DNA from: Chiloscyllium plagiosum
Taxonomy: Eukaryota
DNA: 63,474 nt
Assembly: GCF_004010195.1 (NCBI RefSeq)
Contig: NC_057719.1
Location: forward strand, 82,693,060 to 82,756,533
Reading direction: 5' to 3'
Of the stretch, positions 1 to 10,702 are shown in pieces. Numbering within the stretch: position 1 is the stretch's first letter; every line of letters starts with the position of its first letter. The translations under genes were made by a program, and so were the position numbers. A model generated the notes under the pieces. It did not search any database. It saw nothing but the letters and a program-made list of their open reading frames with translations, and was not told where the DNA came from.

Positions 1-107
1 TTGCTCCGAAAGCTAGTGCTTCCAGTTAAACCTGTTGGACTATAACCTGGTGTTGTGTTATTTGTAACTTTGTACACCCCAGTCCAACACCAGCATCTCC
101 AAATCAT
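1..107 (+). mobile_element. Fragment of a Penelope-like terminal repeat, cut by the window start
   Basis: CTCCGAAAGCTA (3' half of a hammerhead-type motif) followed by cctgttggactataacctggtgttgtg. The same family occurs at about 8990-9190, 42800-42860 and 46190-46256. Confidence 0.55.
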
Positions 108-494
108 AAGTGAGGATATGCTGCCATCTAAATATTCACACCAGCCAGTAAGCTGAAGCCATTTGCTGTGTTACTGTTCAAATCGGCTCTGTTAGAAATT
201 GTTTCATCCACCATTCTGTTTGCGTGGTTTAATATAGGTACGTTTTCCACCCTGATGGCTCAGGTTGTGTTGGAACCCAGTTCCGTCCATACACTGACCG
301 GGTTAGTAATCCATTGAAATATATAGCAATTACAACATGGAGACTGGCCATCCAGCCCAACCAGCCAATACCAGCATTTGTCCTCAACATTGTCTCATGT
401 ATTCCTGTGTTTAGAAGTGACAACCTCTAGGCTTCACTGTTGAATGTGTATGTGTGTGTGTTCAAGACTCCCGGGCACAGAATCTGGGCTGGCA

Positions 495-770
495 CGACAG
501 GGCTGTACTGAGGCAGTGCTGCATTGTTGGAGGTGCTATCTTTTAAATCAAATGTTAAATTGAAGCACTGCACCTCCCCTCTCAGACACATGAACAAGAT
601 TCCGTGACCCTGTTTCGAAGAAGATTAAGCAAAACTCAGGCAGGATTAATCATCAAGCAGTATCCGTAAAACAATTGACCTCTTCATTTATGTCATTGTT
701 GTTTGTGGCGTCCCAGTGTTGGTGTTTTCAACGTTACAGTAGTTCAAAAAGTACTTCATTCGATACAATG
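495..770 (+). mobile_element. Deu-domain SINE-like fragment
   Basis: gtactgaggcagtgctgcattgttggaggtgctatcttt resembles the DeuSINE central domain. A similar piece is at about 48095-48170. Confidence 0.5.
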
Positions 771-789
771 TCCTTTCCAGCTCTAACTG

Positions 790-2372
790 CATCCTGTCTT
801 TCAATCACTTGTTGAATCTGAGGAACTGCTGCAGAGATGTCCTGGAGCTGAGATGACCGAATTCCAACAAGCACAACCATCTCCCAATGTGCCAGCTATG
901 ACTCCAACCAGCGGAGAGTTTGCCCTTGGTTACCCAAGACCCCCTTTGACAAAGGGTCAGTTAGACTCGAAACGTCAGCTCTTTTCTCTCCTTACAGATG
1001 CTGCCAGACCTGCTGAGATTTTCCAGCATTTTCTCTTTGGGTACCCAAGACTCCAGTTTCACGAGGGTCCCTTGATGCCACACTCGGTCGAATGCGGCCT
1101 TGATGTCAAGGACCAACACTCTCACCTCACTCTTTTGTTCATGTTTGAACCAAGGCTGTAATAAGATGAGGAATGCAGTGGCCTGGCAGAACTCAAACTG
1201 GATATCAGGGAGCATGATATTTTGAATAACTCTCCCTGTGCTGCTCGCAAGACAAAGCTTTTCACTGTACCTTGGTACACGTGACAATAAATTCAACTCA
1301 AATGCTGCTTGATAGCACTGTCAACAACCACTCCTATCACATTACTGATGATTGAGAGTATACTGATGGGCCAGTTTGGATTTGTGCTGCATTTTATGTA
1401 CAGGACATACCTGGACAGTTTTCCATATTGTTGGGTAGCTGCCAGTGTTGACGCTTTCCTGGATCAGCTCAGTTAGGGGTGTGGCATGTTCTGGAGCACA
1501 AGTCTTCAGTACAATTGCCAGAATGTTGTCAGGGCCCACAGCCTTTGTAGTATCCAGTGTCTCCAACACGTGGACTGATTCGAATTGGCTGGAGACTGAC
1601 ATCTGCGATGCTGGGGACCACTGGAGGAGTCCGAGATGGATCATCCACTCAGCACTTATGGCTGAAGATTGCTGCAAATGTCATTTTTGTTGCATTTTAA
1701 CAATCTTTTTAATCTGATGTGCTGTCCTCTTCCATCATTGACGATGGAGATACATGTGACACTTGCTCCTCCAGTGAGTTGTTTAACTGTGCACTACACC
1801 ACTGGAGGTGGCAGGACTGCAGAGCTTAGATCTGATCCATTGGTTATGTGATCAGTTATCCATGTCTATTACATTCTGTTGCCACTGTTTGGCACAGACA
1901 TAGTCCTGTGCATCCTCATCAGGTTGACACCTCACTTTTAGGTATGCTTTATCCTCCTGCACTCGCCATTGACCAGGGTTGATCCCCTGGCTTGATGGTA
2001 ATGGTTGAATGGAGGATATGTGGGCTATGAGGTTGCAGATTGTGTTGAAGCACAATTCTGCTGCTTTTGATGGCCTATGATGCCTCATGGATCCTCAGTT
2101 TTGAGTAGCTAGACCTGTTTGAAGACTAGGCGAAAGTGGGTACTGATTAGAGTCAAGATTAGAGTTGTGCTGGAAAAGCACAGTAGGTCAGGCAGCATCT
2201 GAGGAGCAGGAAAATTGATGAAGGGCTTTTGCCCAAAATGTCGAATTTCCTGCTCTTCGGATGCTGCCTGATCTACTGTGCTTTTCCTGCACCACTCTAA
2301 TCTGTTTGAAGACTGTCCCATTTTGCACAATGATAGTGCCTCACAACATGATGGAGGGTATTCTCAATGTGA
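790..2372 (-). mobile_element. Decayed non-LTR retrotransposon (CR1/L2-group) ORF2, interrupted by younger insertions
   Basis: Minus-strand ORFs carry LDTTKAVGPDNI..VLKTCAPE and VLDIKAAFDRVWHQG (RT motifs). An endonuclease-like continuation appears at about 5960-6060. Confidence 0.85.
2128..2301. mobile_element. Short fold-back Penelope-like terminal-repeat element with a 13-bp TSD
   Basis: TSD CTGTTTGAAGACT at 2115-2127 and 2302-2314. Inverted arms surround a decayed hammerhead motif. Confidence 0.75.
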
Positions 2373-2379
2373 AGGAAAG

Positions 2380-2895
2380 GAGGGGGACACCCCCCCTGTC
2401 TGCATCATCGCAGCTGAGGTGGAGAGGGTTGAGAGTTCACTCCAAGTTCCTCGGAGTGACAATAGCCTGGACTCCCCATGTAGATGCGATGGTGAAGGAC
2501 TGCACAACAACGCCTCTTCTTCCTCAGGCGACTCAGGAAATTTGGCATGGCCGTAAGGACACTAACCAAGCTTGATAGGTGCACCATAGAAAGCGTACTG
2601 CCTGAGTGCGCAACGGCCTGGTGAGGCAACTGCTCTACAGTCTTGGAGGACTGTAAGAAACTACAAACAGTTGTGTGCACACCCCAGACCATCAAGGAAG
2701 CCAACCTTCCAACCATGAACTCCATGAACTCCACTTACACTTCTTGTTGCTGCTGAAAGGTTAACGACATCATCAAAGACCCCTCCCACCCTGGATAATG
2801 GTCTCTTCCATCAGGCAGAAGATACAGAAGCTTGAACACACACACACACACAGACCAACAGGTTCAAGAACAACTTCTTCCCTGCTGTTATTAGG
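2380..2895 (+). mobile_element. Rex1/Babar-type LINE 3' fragment
   Basis: KFLGVTI..WTPHVDAMVK, CTIESVL and KKLQTVV motifs. Same family as 21455-22205. Confidence 0.75.
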
Positions 2896-2899
2896 AAAA

Positions 2900-5800
2900 C
2901 TTAACAAACAGCGAAATTCACAACTGATCTTGGAGGAACTTCTTTGGGAGAGGTCACAGCATAGAAAGAGATAAGTAAATAGTTATAAGTATAGCCTGGC
3001 TGTAAATCTACATTAGTGAGTAGAATGGGTTCTTGCTTCATTCTGTGTTTTTATTTGGATCTGTCTCTTGATTAAATTTTAAAACTATAAGCCATAATAT
3101 TGTTAGCCTGGAGCAGTCTTTTGTAGATGCAATAAGACAGTGCTGTTTTCTGGGTCTGCAGATTGGAAGGAGCAAAATGGCCTTTAGTCGAGTGATATGC
3201 TCTTAGATTAGACTAGATTACTTACAGTGTGGAAACAGGCCCTTCGGCCCAACCAGTCCACACCGACCCGCCGAAGCGCAACCCACCCATACCCCTACAT
3301 TTACCCCTTTAACCTAACACTACGGGCAATTTAGCATGGCCAATTCACCTGACCCGCACATCTTTGGACTGTGGGAGGAAACCGGAGCACCCGGAGGAAA
3401 CCCACGCAGACACGGGGAGAATGTGCAAACTCCACACAGTCAGTCGCCTGAGTCGGGAATTGAACCCGGGTCTCTGGCGCTGTGAGGCAGCAGTGCTAAC
3501 CACTGTGCCACCGTGCCGCCCACTTCTTGTCAGTTGTGGGTGTTTCGGCAGAGTTTAAGGGCTACTGAGGATTATATCTGCAATAAATGTCATTGGTTGC
3601 AAATCCTGTCAAATCAAGTGGGTAGGTTGGAGCGACAGTTAGAGGCAATGAGGAATTTACAAGAGCTAGGGGGTATGATGAATGGCAGTTATAGAAAGGG
3701 AGAAAAGCCGTACATACAGTCAGGTAGATGGGTTAACTCCAGGAATGGTAGGAGGGGTAAGCAGGCAATGCAGGAGTCTTCTGTGACTATCCCCATTTTA
3801 AACAAGTATGCTGTTTTGGAAAAGGTAGGGGGTGATGGACTCTCAGGGGAATATAGCATGAACAGCCAAGTGTCTGGTACTGAGACAGGCTCTAAATGCA
3901 ATAAGTCGGATTACACGCGATCGATTGTGATAGGGGACTCTCTAGCCAGAGACACAGACAGACGTTTCTGTGGCCAGCAGCAAAAACTTAGAATGGTGTG
4001 TTGCCTCCCTGTGCCAGGATCAAGGATGTCTGAGAGAGGGTGCAGAATGTTCTCAAGGGGATAGGGACCAGAAAGAGGAACTAATGACATAGGAAGGGAA
4101 AAGGATGAGATTCTGAAGGGAGAATATAGAAAGTTAGGCAGGAATTTAAAAAGGAGGCCCTTGAGGGTAGTAATGTCTGGCTTACTCCCAGTGCTACGAG
4201 CTAGTGAGGGCAGGAATAGGAGGATAGAGCAGATGAATGCATGGCTGAGGAGCTGGTGTACGGGAGAAGGATTCACATTTTTGATCATTGGAATCTCTTC
4301 TGGGGTAGAGGTGACCTGTACAAGAAGGACAGATTGCACCTGAATTGGAAGGGGACTAATATACTGACAGGGAGATTTGCTAGAACTGCTCGGGAGGATT
4401 TAAACGAGTAAGGTGGGGGGGGTTACCAAGGGAAATACTGACAAAACAGATCAGCCTGAGACTGGTACAGTTGAGAAAAGAATTGAGTCAAACAGTCAGG
4501 GGGACTGTCAAACAGTCAGGGGGACAGTGGTGTATGCAGCAGAGGGACAAAGCAGAGAACAAGGTAGGACTGATAAATTAAAGTGCATTTATTTCAATGC
4601 AAGGGGCCTAACAGGGAAGGCAGATGAACTCAGGACATGGCTGGGAACATGGGACTGGGATATNNNNNNNNNNNNNNNNNNNNNNNNNNNNNNNNNNNNN
4701 NNNNNNNNNNNNNNNNNNNNNNNNNNNNNNNNNNNNNNNNNNNNNNNNNNNNNNNNNNNNNNNNNNNNNNNNNNNNNNNNNNNNNNNNNNNNNNNNNNNN
4801 NNNNNNNNNNNNNNNNNNNNNNNNNNNNNNNNNNNNNNNNNNNNNNNNNNNNNNNNNNNNNNNNNNNNNNNNNNNNNNNNNNNNNNNNNNNNNNNNNNNN
4901 NNNNNNNNNNNNNNNNNNNNNNNNNNNNNNNNNNNNNNNNNNNNNNNNNNNNGAGAAGGTGCAAAACTTGACCTACTCTTGGGAAATAAGGCAGGGCAGG
5001 TGACTGAGGTGTCAGTGGGGGAGCACTTTGGGGCCAGCGACCATAATTCTATTAGATTTAAAATAGTGATGGAAGAGGATAGACCAGATCTAAAAATTGA
5101 AGTTCTAAATTAGAGGAAGGCTAGTTTTGGTTGTATTAGGTAAGAACTTTCAAAAACTGATTGGGTGCAGATGTTTGCAGGTAAAGGGACGACTGGGAAG
5201 CCGTCAGAAATGAGATAACAAGAGTCCGGAAATAGTATATTCCTGTTAAGGTGAAAGGAAAGTCTGGTATGTATAGGGAATGCTGGATGACTAGAGAAAT
5301 TGAGGGTTTGGTTAAGAAAAAGAAGGAAGCATATGTCGGGTCTGGACAGCAGAAATGAATCCTTAAAAGAGTATGAAGGCAGTAGGAGTATACTTAAGAG
5401 GGAAATCAGGAGGGCAAAAAGGGGACATGAGATAGCTTTGGCAAATAGAGTTAAGGAGAATCCAAAGGGTTTTTACAAATACAAGGGTAACTAGGGAGCG
5501 AAAAGGGCCCCTCAAAGATCAGTAAGGCAGCTTTTGCTGCATGAGATGGGGGAGGTACTAAAGGAGTATTTTGCATCAGTGTTTACTGTGGAGAAGGATA
5601 TAGAAGATATAGACTTTAGGGAAATAGATGGTGACATCTTGAAAATGTCCATGTTACAGAGGAGGTGGTGCTGGATGTCTTGAAAGGCATAAAGGTGGAT
5701 AAATCCCCAGGACCTGATCAGGTGTAGCCTAGAACTCTGTGGGAAGCTAGAGAAGTGATTGCTGGGTCTCTTGGCTGTGATAGTCATAGGTGAAGTGCCG

Positions 5801-5958
5801 GAAGACTGAAGGTTGGCTAACGTGGTGCCACTGTTTAAGAAAGGTGGAAAGGACAAGCCAGGGAACTATAGACCGGTGAGCCTGACCTCAGTGGTGGGCA
5901 AGTTATTGGAGGGAATCCTGAGGGACAGGATGTACATGTATTTGGAAAGGCAAGGACT
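2900..5958 (+). mobile_element. CR1-clade LINE 5' portion: ORF1 (Cys finger plus SGNH esterase) and ORF2 endonuclease, 3' truncated, with an N gap
   Basis: DYICNKCHWLQ, IVIGDSLARDTDRRFCG, GTNDIG, VVMSGLLPV, then LKCIYFNARGL, LDLLLGN, SDHNSI and NVVPLFKKGGKDKPGNYRPVSLTSVVGKLLE. Stops and frameshifts present. Confidence 0.9.
3204..3521 (-). mobile_element. HE1/V-type tRNA-derived SINE, full length, inserted in the CR1 ORF1
   Basis: Reverse complement starts GGCGGCACGGTGGCACAGTGGTTAGC (A box) with GGTTCAATTCC (B box), the V-SINE core and a (TAATC)n tail. Confidence 0.9.
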
Positions 5959-6159
5959 GAGACCCAGCTTAGCAGCAATGTCCTTTAGCACTTGACCAGC
6001 TCAGTCAGTGGTGTTACCGAGCCATTCTTGATGATCCACATTGAAGTCCTCTACCCAAATCCATTCGGTCAAGTAGAAGGTGTCAGCAGGACAGACAGCC
6101 TGTCATAATTGTTGTCATCAAATAGAAAGCAGCCAGGTTACATTGCTAAAGGGTTGTTC

Positions 6160-6490
6160 ATAGAAATCATCAAACCCCTACAGTGTGGAAACAGGCCCTT
6201 CAGCCAACAAGTCTACACCGACCCTCCGAAGAGTAACCCACTCAGAGCCATTCCCCAATCCTATTACTCTACATTTATCCCTGACTAATGCACCTAACCC
6301 TGAACACCATGGACAATTTAGCATGGCCAGTTCACCTAACCTGCACATCTTTGCATTGTGGGAGGAAACCCACGCAGACAATGTGCAAACCCCCACACAG
6401 AGAGTCGCCTGAAGCTGGAATCAAACCTGGTCAGGGGGTTCCCTGGCACGATGAGGCAGCAGTGCTAACCACTGAGCCACCGTGCCACCT
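6160..6490 (-). mobile_element. HE1/V-type SINE (older copy)
   Basis: Same family as 3204-3521. Confidence 0.85.
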
Positions 6491-7306
6491 CAGGATCTGC
6501 TTCTCACAGTGGAGGTTAGGAAGGCTGGTGTATTAAGGACCAGCTAGTGATCCAATTCAATGAGAAGAGGTTTTGTCGCACACGGCTGAGCCTCTGAAAG
6601 GAGCAAGGTATTGAATGGTGATGAATAGAGATTGTTGGGCAGCTGCTATGAAGAAAGGGCGGCCTGGGTGGGGTGGGGGGGGGAACCTCCCAGAAGCACA
6701 GACTCGTTGACCACGTGCCAAGCACACCACAAGTAAACCATTGAATTTTGAACAGGCTAAACAACCTCGTGGATTCAATCTTGCAGAGAAAAAGAGTTAG
6801 CACAATGGGGGAAAAGAGCTCCTTTGTTCAGACAGTGGGTGTGTGTTCTGCATCTCACCAGCATTGATGTTAAGAAGCTACCCACCTGGGGCAAAGCGCG
6901 TTGCTGTCCATTGTCAAAATGGGCAGCATCCCCCAGACAGTGGTGTATGCAGCAGAGGGATTAATTTCTGAGGCCGTGTCTCTGCACTGGCGAAACCTCC
7001 AGCAAGTAAAGAAATAGAGAACTGGTGTGATCGGCAACACAAGATGCGCTGGAGGTGTTCCAGCCTGGTTACAAAATCAGAGAGAAGACAGTTTCAGCCC
7101 CATGGGTGAAAGATGGATTTCAAACCTAGTCCAGTCCCTACTGTGTTTATCAGAAAGTAGAAGCCAACGCTGTCGCTTTTGGGACTGGATTGGAACTGGG
7201 GAGCCAGGGGCAACTGGAAGTTCGTCAAAAGGAAGAAAGCTTTCTCATTCCTGCAGTTTGGTCTACAGGTGAGCTCTGGAATATTGTTCTGACCCACTGT
7301 GGTAAA

Positions 7307-7494
7307 GAGTCAAGAGTGTGGTGCTGGAAAAGCACAGCAGATCAGGCAGCATCCAAGGAGCAGGAGAATTGACATTTCCTGATGAAGAGCTTAGGTCCAA
7401 AACGTCAATCCTCGGATGCTGCCTGACCTGCTGTGCTTTTCCAGCGCCACACTCTCGACTCTGACCTCCAGCATCTGCAGTCCTCACTTTCTCC
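7307..7494. mobile_element. Fold-back Penelope-like terminal-repeat element
   Basis: Inverted arms (gtgctggaaaagcacagcag...ctgctgtgcttttccagc) around CTGATGAAGAGCTTAGGTCCAAAACGTC. Confidence 0.7.
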
Positions 7495-8414
7495 ACTACG
7501 GAGAAAGGTGTGAAACGGGTGATGCTGACTCCCTGCTCAATGTTGTACACGGCCAGCCCACCTTTCTCATTGGCTTCATGGGGAAAGAAGAGCTTAGCAG
7601 CGTGTGTCAGGAGTGAGCAGTCCAACACTGGCCACTTTCTAAGGCAAACAGCAAGAGTTAAGGTCACCCTCACTGCTTCAGCCATTCCCCTAGCTTCAGT
7701 TCCTAAAGTGCAACTCACTTGTCACCCTCGCTGTCTGTTTTCAGTGAGGCATTCAGCTCAGTAGATTCCAGCTTCAGTTTGTGAAGCTACTCTTGCAGAT
7801 CAGCTATGACATGACATTTCTTTAAATCATGATACCGAGGAACCTTTGTATCTGTCCCACCAGGCAGATGAAACAATGACTCATTACAGGCATCCCTGGG
7901 TTATGAACAGGTTGTGCTCTGGACTCTATTTGTATGCAGTTTGAAGTACAGTGCAGGATGATATAAAGGAGCCATTCATAAGTACAGGAATTGTTGTGTC
8001 CTGGGTCTTTAGAAATTACACCCCACATGAGATTGCATTCATAAGTACAAGCATTCGTAAGTCAGACGTAGAAAAAATTCGCATATAAAATTAAAGCATG
8101 TGGGTTTGCGGCTAGTGTACTGATATAGATAGAGAACTGTTTGGCAGACAGGAAGCAAAAAGTAAAACTGAACACATTTTTGCAAGGGACAAGCAGTGAT
8201 TTGTTATGTAGTCCTGAAGTTAACAAATTGTGTTTCCGATTGTGTACAAAGTGACGTGTAAACAGACTCCGGAGCACAACCAATTCGTAACCCTGTCAAT
8301 AATCTCTCATGTACTAACTGTTTAGTCTGGCCGGTGGGACACAAACACAAGGGCCTGTGTCCATCAGTGTTATGATTTAAAGCACGGCCATGTCATAGCT
8401 GATCTACAAGATTA

Positions 8415-8770
8415 GCAGCAGCATGTACCATCTACAAGATACACTGCAGAAAATCATCAATGATGTATAGACAGCACCTTCCAAACCCATGGCCATTACC
8501 ATTTAGAAAGACATTGGGCAGCAGATACATGGGTACACCATCACCTTGTAAGTTCTCCTCCAAGCCACTCACCATCCTGACTTGGAAATATACCACCATT
8601 CCTTCACTGTTGCTGGATCAAAATGTTGGAATTCCCTCTCTAATGGCATTGTGGATGTATCTGAACCAAATGAACTACAGCGTTTCAAGAAATCAGCTCA
8701 CCACCATCTTTACAAGGGAACACAGGGATGGCAATAAATGCAGCCAGTGATACTAACTTCAAATAAATAA
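8415..8770 (+). mobile_element. LINE 3' end, same family as 790-2372 and 56490-57000
   Basis: tgtaccatctacaagatacactgcag...gggatggcaataaatgc. The tail is shared with the second SINE family. Confidence 0.65.
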
Positions 8771-10397
8771 GTAGGAAGAAAATGGAATGAAATGTTTGAT
8801 AGGTTTAATAAGTAGAGGAGTTCATAACAAGGGCAATCATTTTTCAATTGGACTGCGGCTATTCAGTCGTGATGTCAGGAAAGAACGGTGGAAATCAGGG
8901 ACTGTCTCTCCCCCTGCGTTCTCAAGCACGGGATTGAGTTGAAAATCCTGATCTAAAGGTCAATAGTTTACTCAGTCGGGTTAGGGGATGATGTGGAGGT
9001 GCCAGTGTTGGACTGGGGTGTACACAGTCAGAAGCCACACAGCACCAGGTTGTAGTCCGACAGGTTTATCTGAAATGCACAAACTTTGGGGGCGACGCCC
9101 TTTCATTGGGTGAAGTCAGTGAACCTGGTGAAGGAGCAGTGCTCCAGAAACTTGTGATTTTGAATAAACCTGTCCGACTTTAACCTGAGGATGGGGGATG
9201 TGGAGCCAAGGCAATAAAGGTGGAATTACGGTGCACATCAACCCAGCGTGAGCTAATTGGATGCGGAACAGACACAATGGCCTGCTCCTGTCGCTATGTC
9301 TCTCTGCATTTGTGTTGCGGTTAGAGAATGTATTCACCGGAGAGAAAACGATTATGCAATGGATTTGATTGCTGCTCTGAGCAATGTGTTCACAGGCAGC
9401 TGTGACAATTCATTGGGATTCTCCGAATAAATCATGTCATGTGGATGGACAGGATTTGGTCGGGAGCGTAGCTGGTGATGTGGCTGGACTGGACCAGCCC
9501 AGATGAAAGCGGTTTACGTTCTTGGCCACACCGCAGTGTGGGACCTCCTAAATGGGTCACGTTCTAGTGGAAATCCTGCACTAGAAACATCAGCCACACT
9601 AAGGGGTGGTGCAGAGGAAAGCCTTTCACTTGCTCCAGCTGTTTCACACTGCGCTGCTCTAATTTTTACAATTCTGCATGAGCCGAGAATTAATGATTGA
9701 TTAAATCAAGGGGATTCTCCAGGTAATCCCTCCTCGCTTGCACTCACCTGGTGAAAGAGTGTTGGAGATTGGAAGTAATCACTCTTCATTTTTCCAAGTC
9801 TTCTCCTAACCTCATGGGTATAGTAGAGCCGTTTTTAGCAATGGTTAAAGTGATATTTATAATATCTGCATCTGAAGATTTCCCCCAACCCCATTTTGCA
9901 TCCCCCGATTTTAAAAAGGTTATTTGCTTCTTTTTCAGAAAAAGAAATGCATGCAAACCTCCATCCCAGCATTGACCAGCTGTAGTTCACTCATCTTTCT
10001 GAGTCTGTGGCTTCAAGTGCCAGTCCAAACAGATTCCCAGGTGATTGCTGCTAGTGGGATCATGCTGTGCGCACCCGCTCTCCTTACAATGCAGACGACA
10101 CGGTGCGCTTCACAGGGCCGGCAAATGCTTGTGATCCCGAAACCCATGACAAAAGTGGAAGTTGTTTCGTTGAGAGTTTGAATCCTGGACGGTGGGTGTA
10201 CAGGCAGGGGGAGGGGGAGGACGTTGAGGTGGGTCAGTCATTCCTAGCTTCGTGAGTGACTGACTGCACAGCAGCGACAGCAGACCACTCTGAGAGGGGT
10301 GGCTATCCCAGGCAGCGGAACCCTGCAGGTCAAAGCCCCCCTGTACCTGGGTAACGTCACTGTTTTCTGCTCGGATTCTCTGTCAGTGCACAGACTC

Positions 10398-10702
10398 ATA
10401 AGTCATGGAGCTGTACAGCACAGAAACAGACCCTTCAGTTCAACCCGTCCATGCCGACCAGATATCCTAAATTAATCTAGTCGCACTTTCAAGCACTCGG
10501 CCCAAACCCTTCCTATTCATGTACCCATCCAGATGCCTTTTAAATGTTGCAATTGTACCAGCCTCCACCACTTCCTCTTACAGCTCATTCCATACACGCA
10601 CCACCCTCTGCGTGAAAAATGTTGCCCCTTAGGTTCTTCTTAAATCTCCCCCCTCTCACCTTAAACCAATGCCCTCCAGTCTTGGACTCCCCTACCCTGG
10701 GA
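10398..10702 (-). mobile_element. CR1/HER1-like LINE 3' end
   Basis: GESKTGGHWFKVRGGRFKKNLRGNIF on the minus strand plus the family 3' UTR. Confidence 0.85.

Noticed and set aside
4664..4951. Long ORFs spanning N runs (also about 20447-20672)
   Set aside because: They are open only because of assembly gaps.
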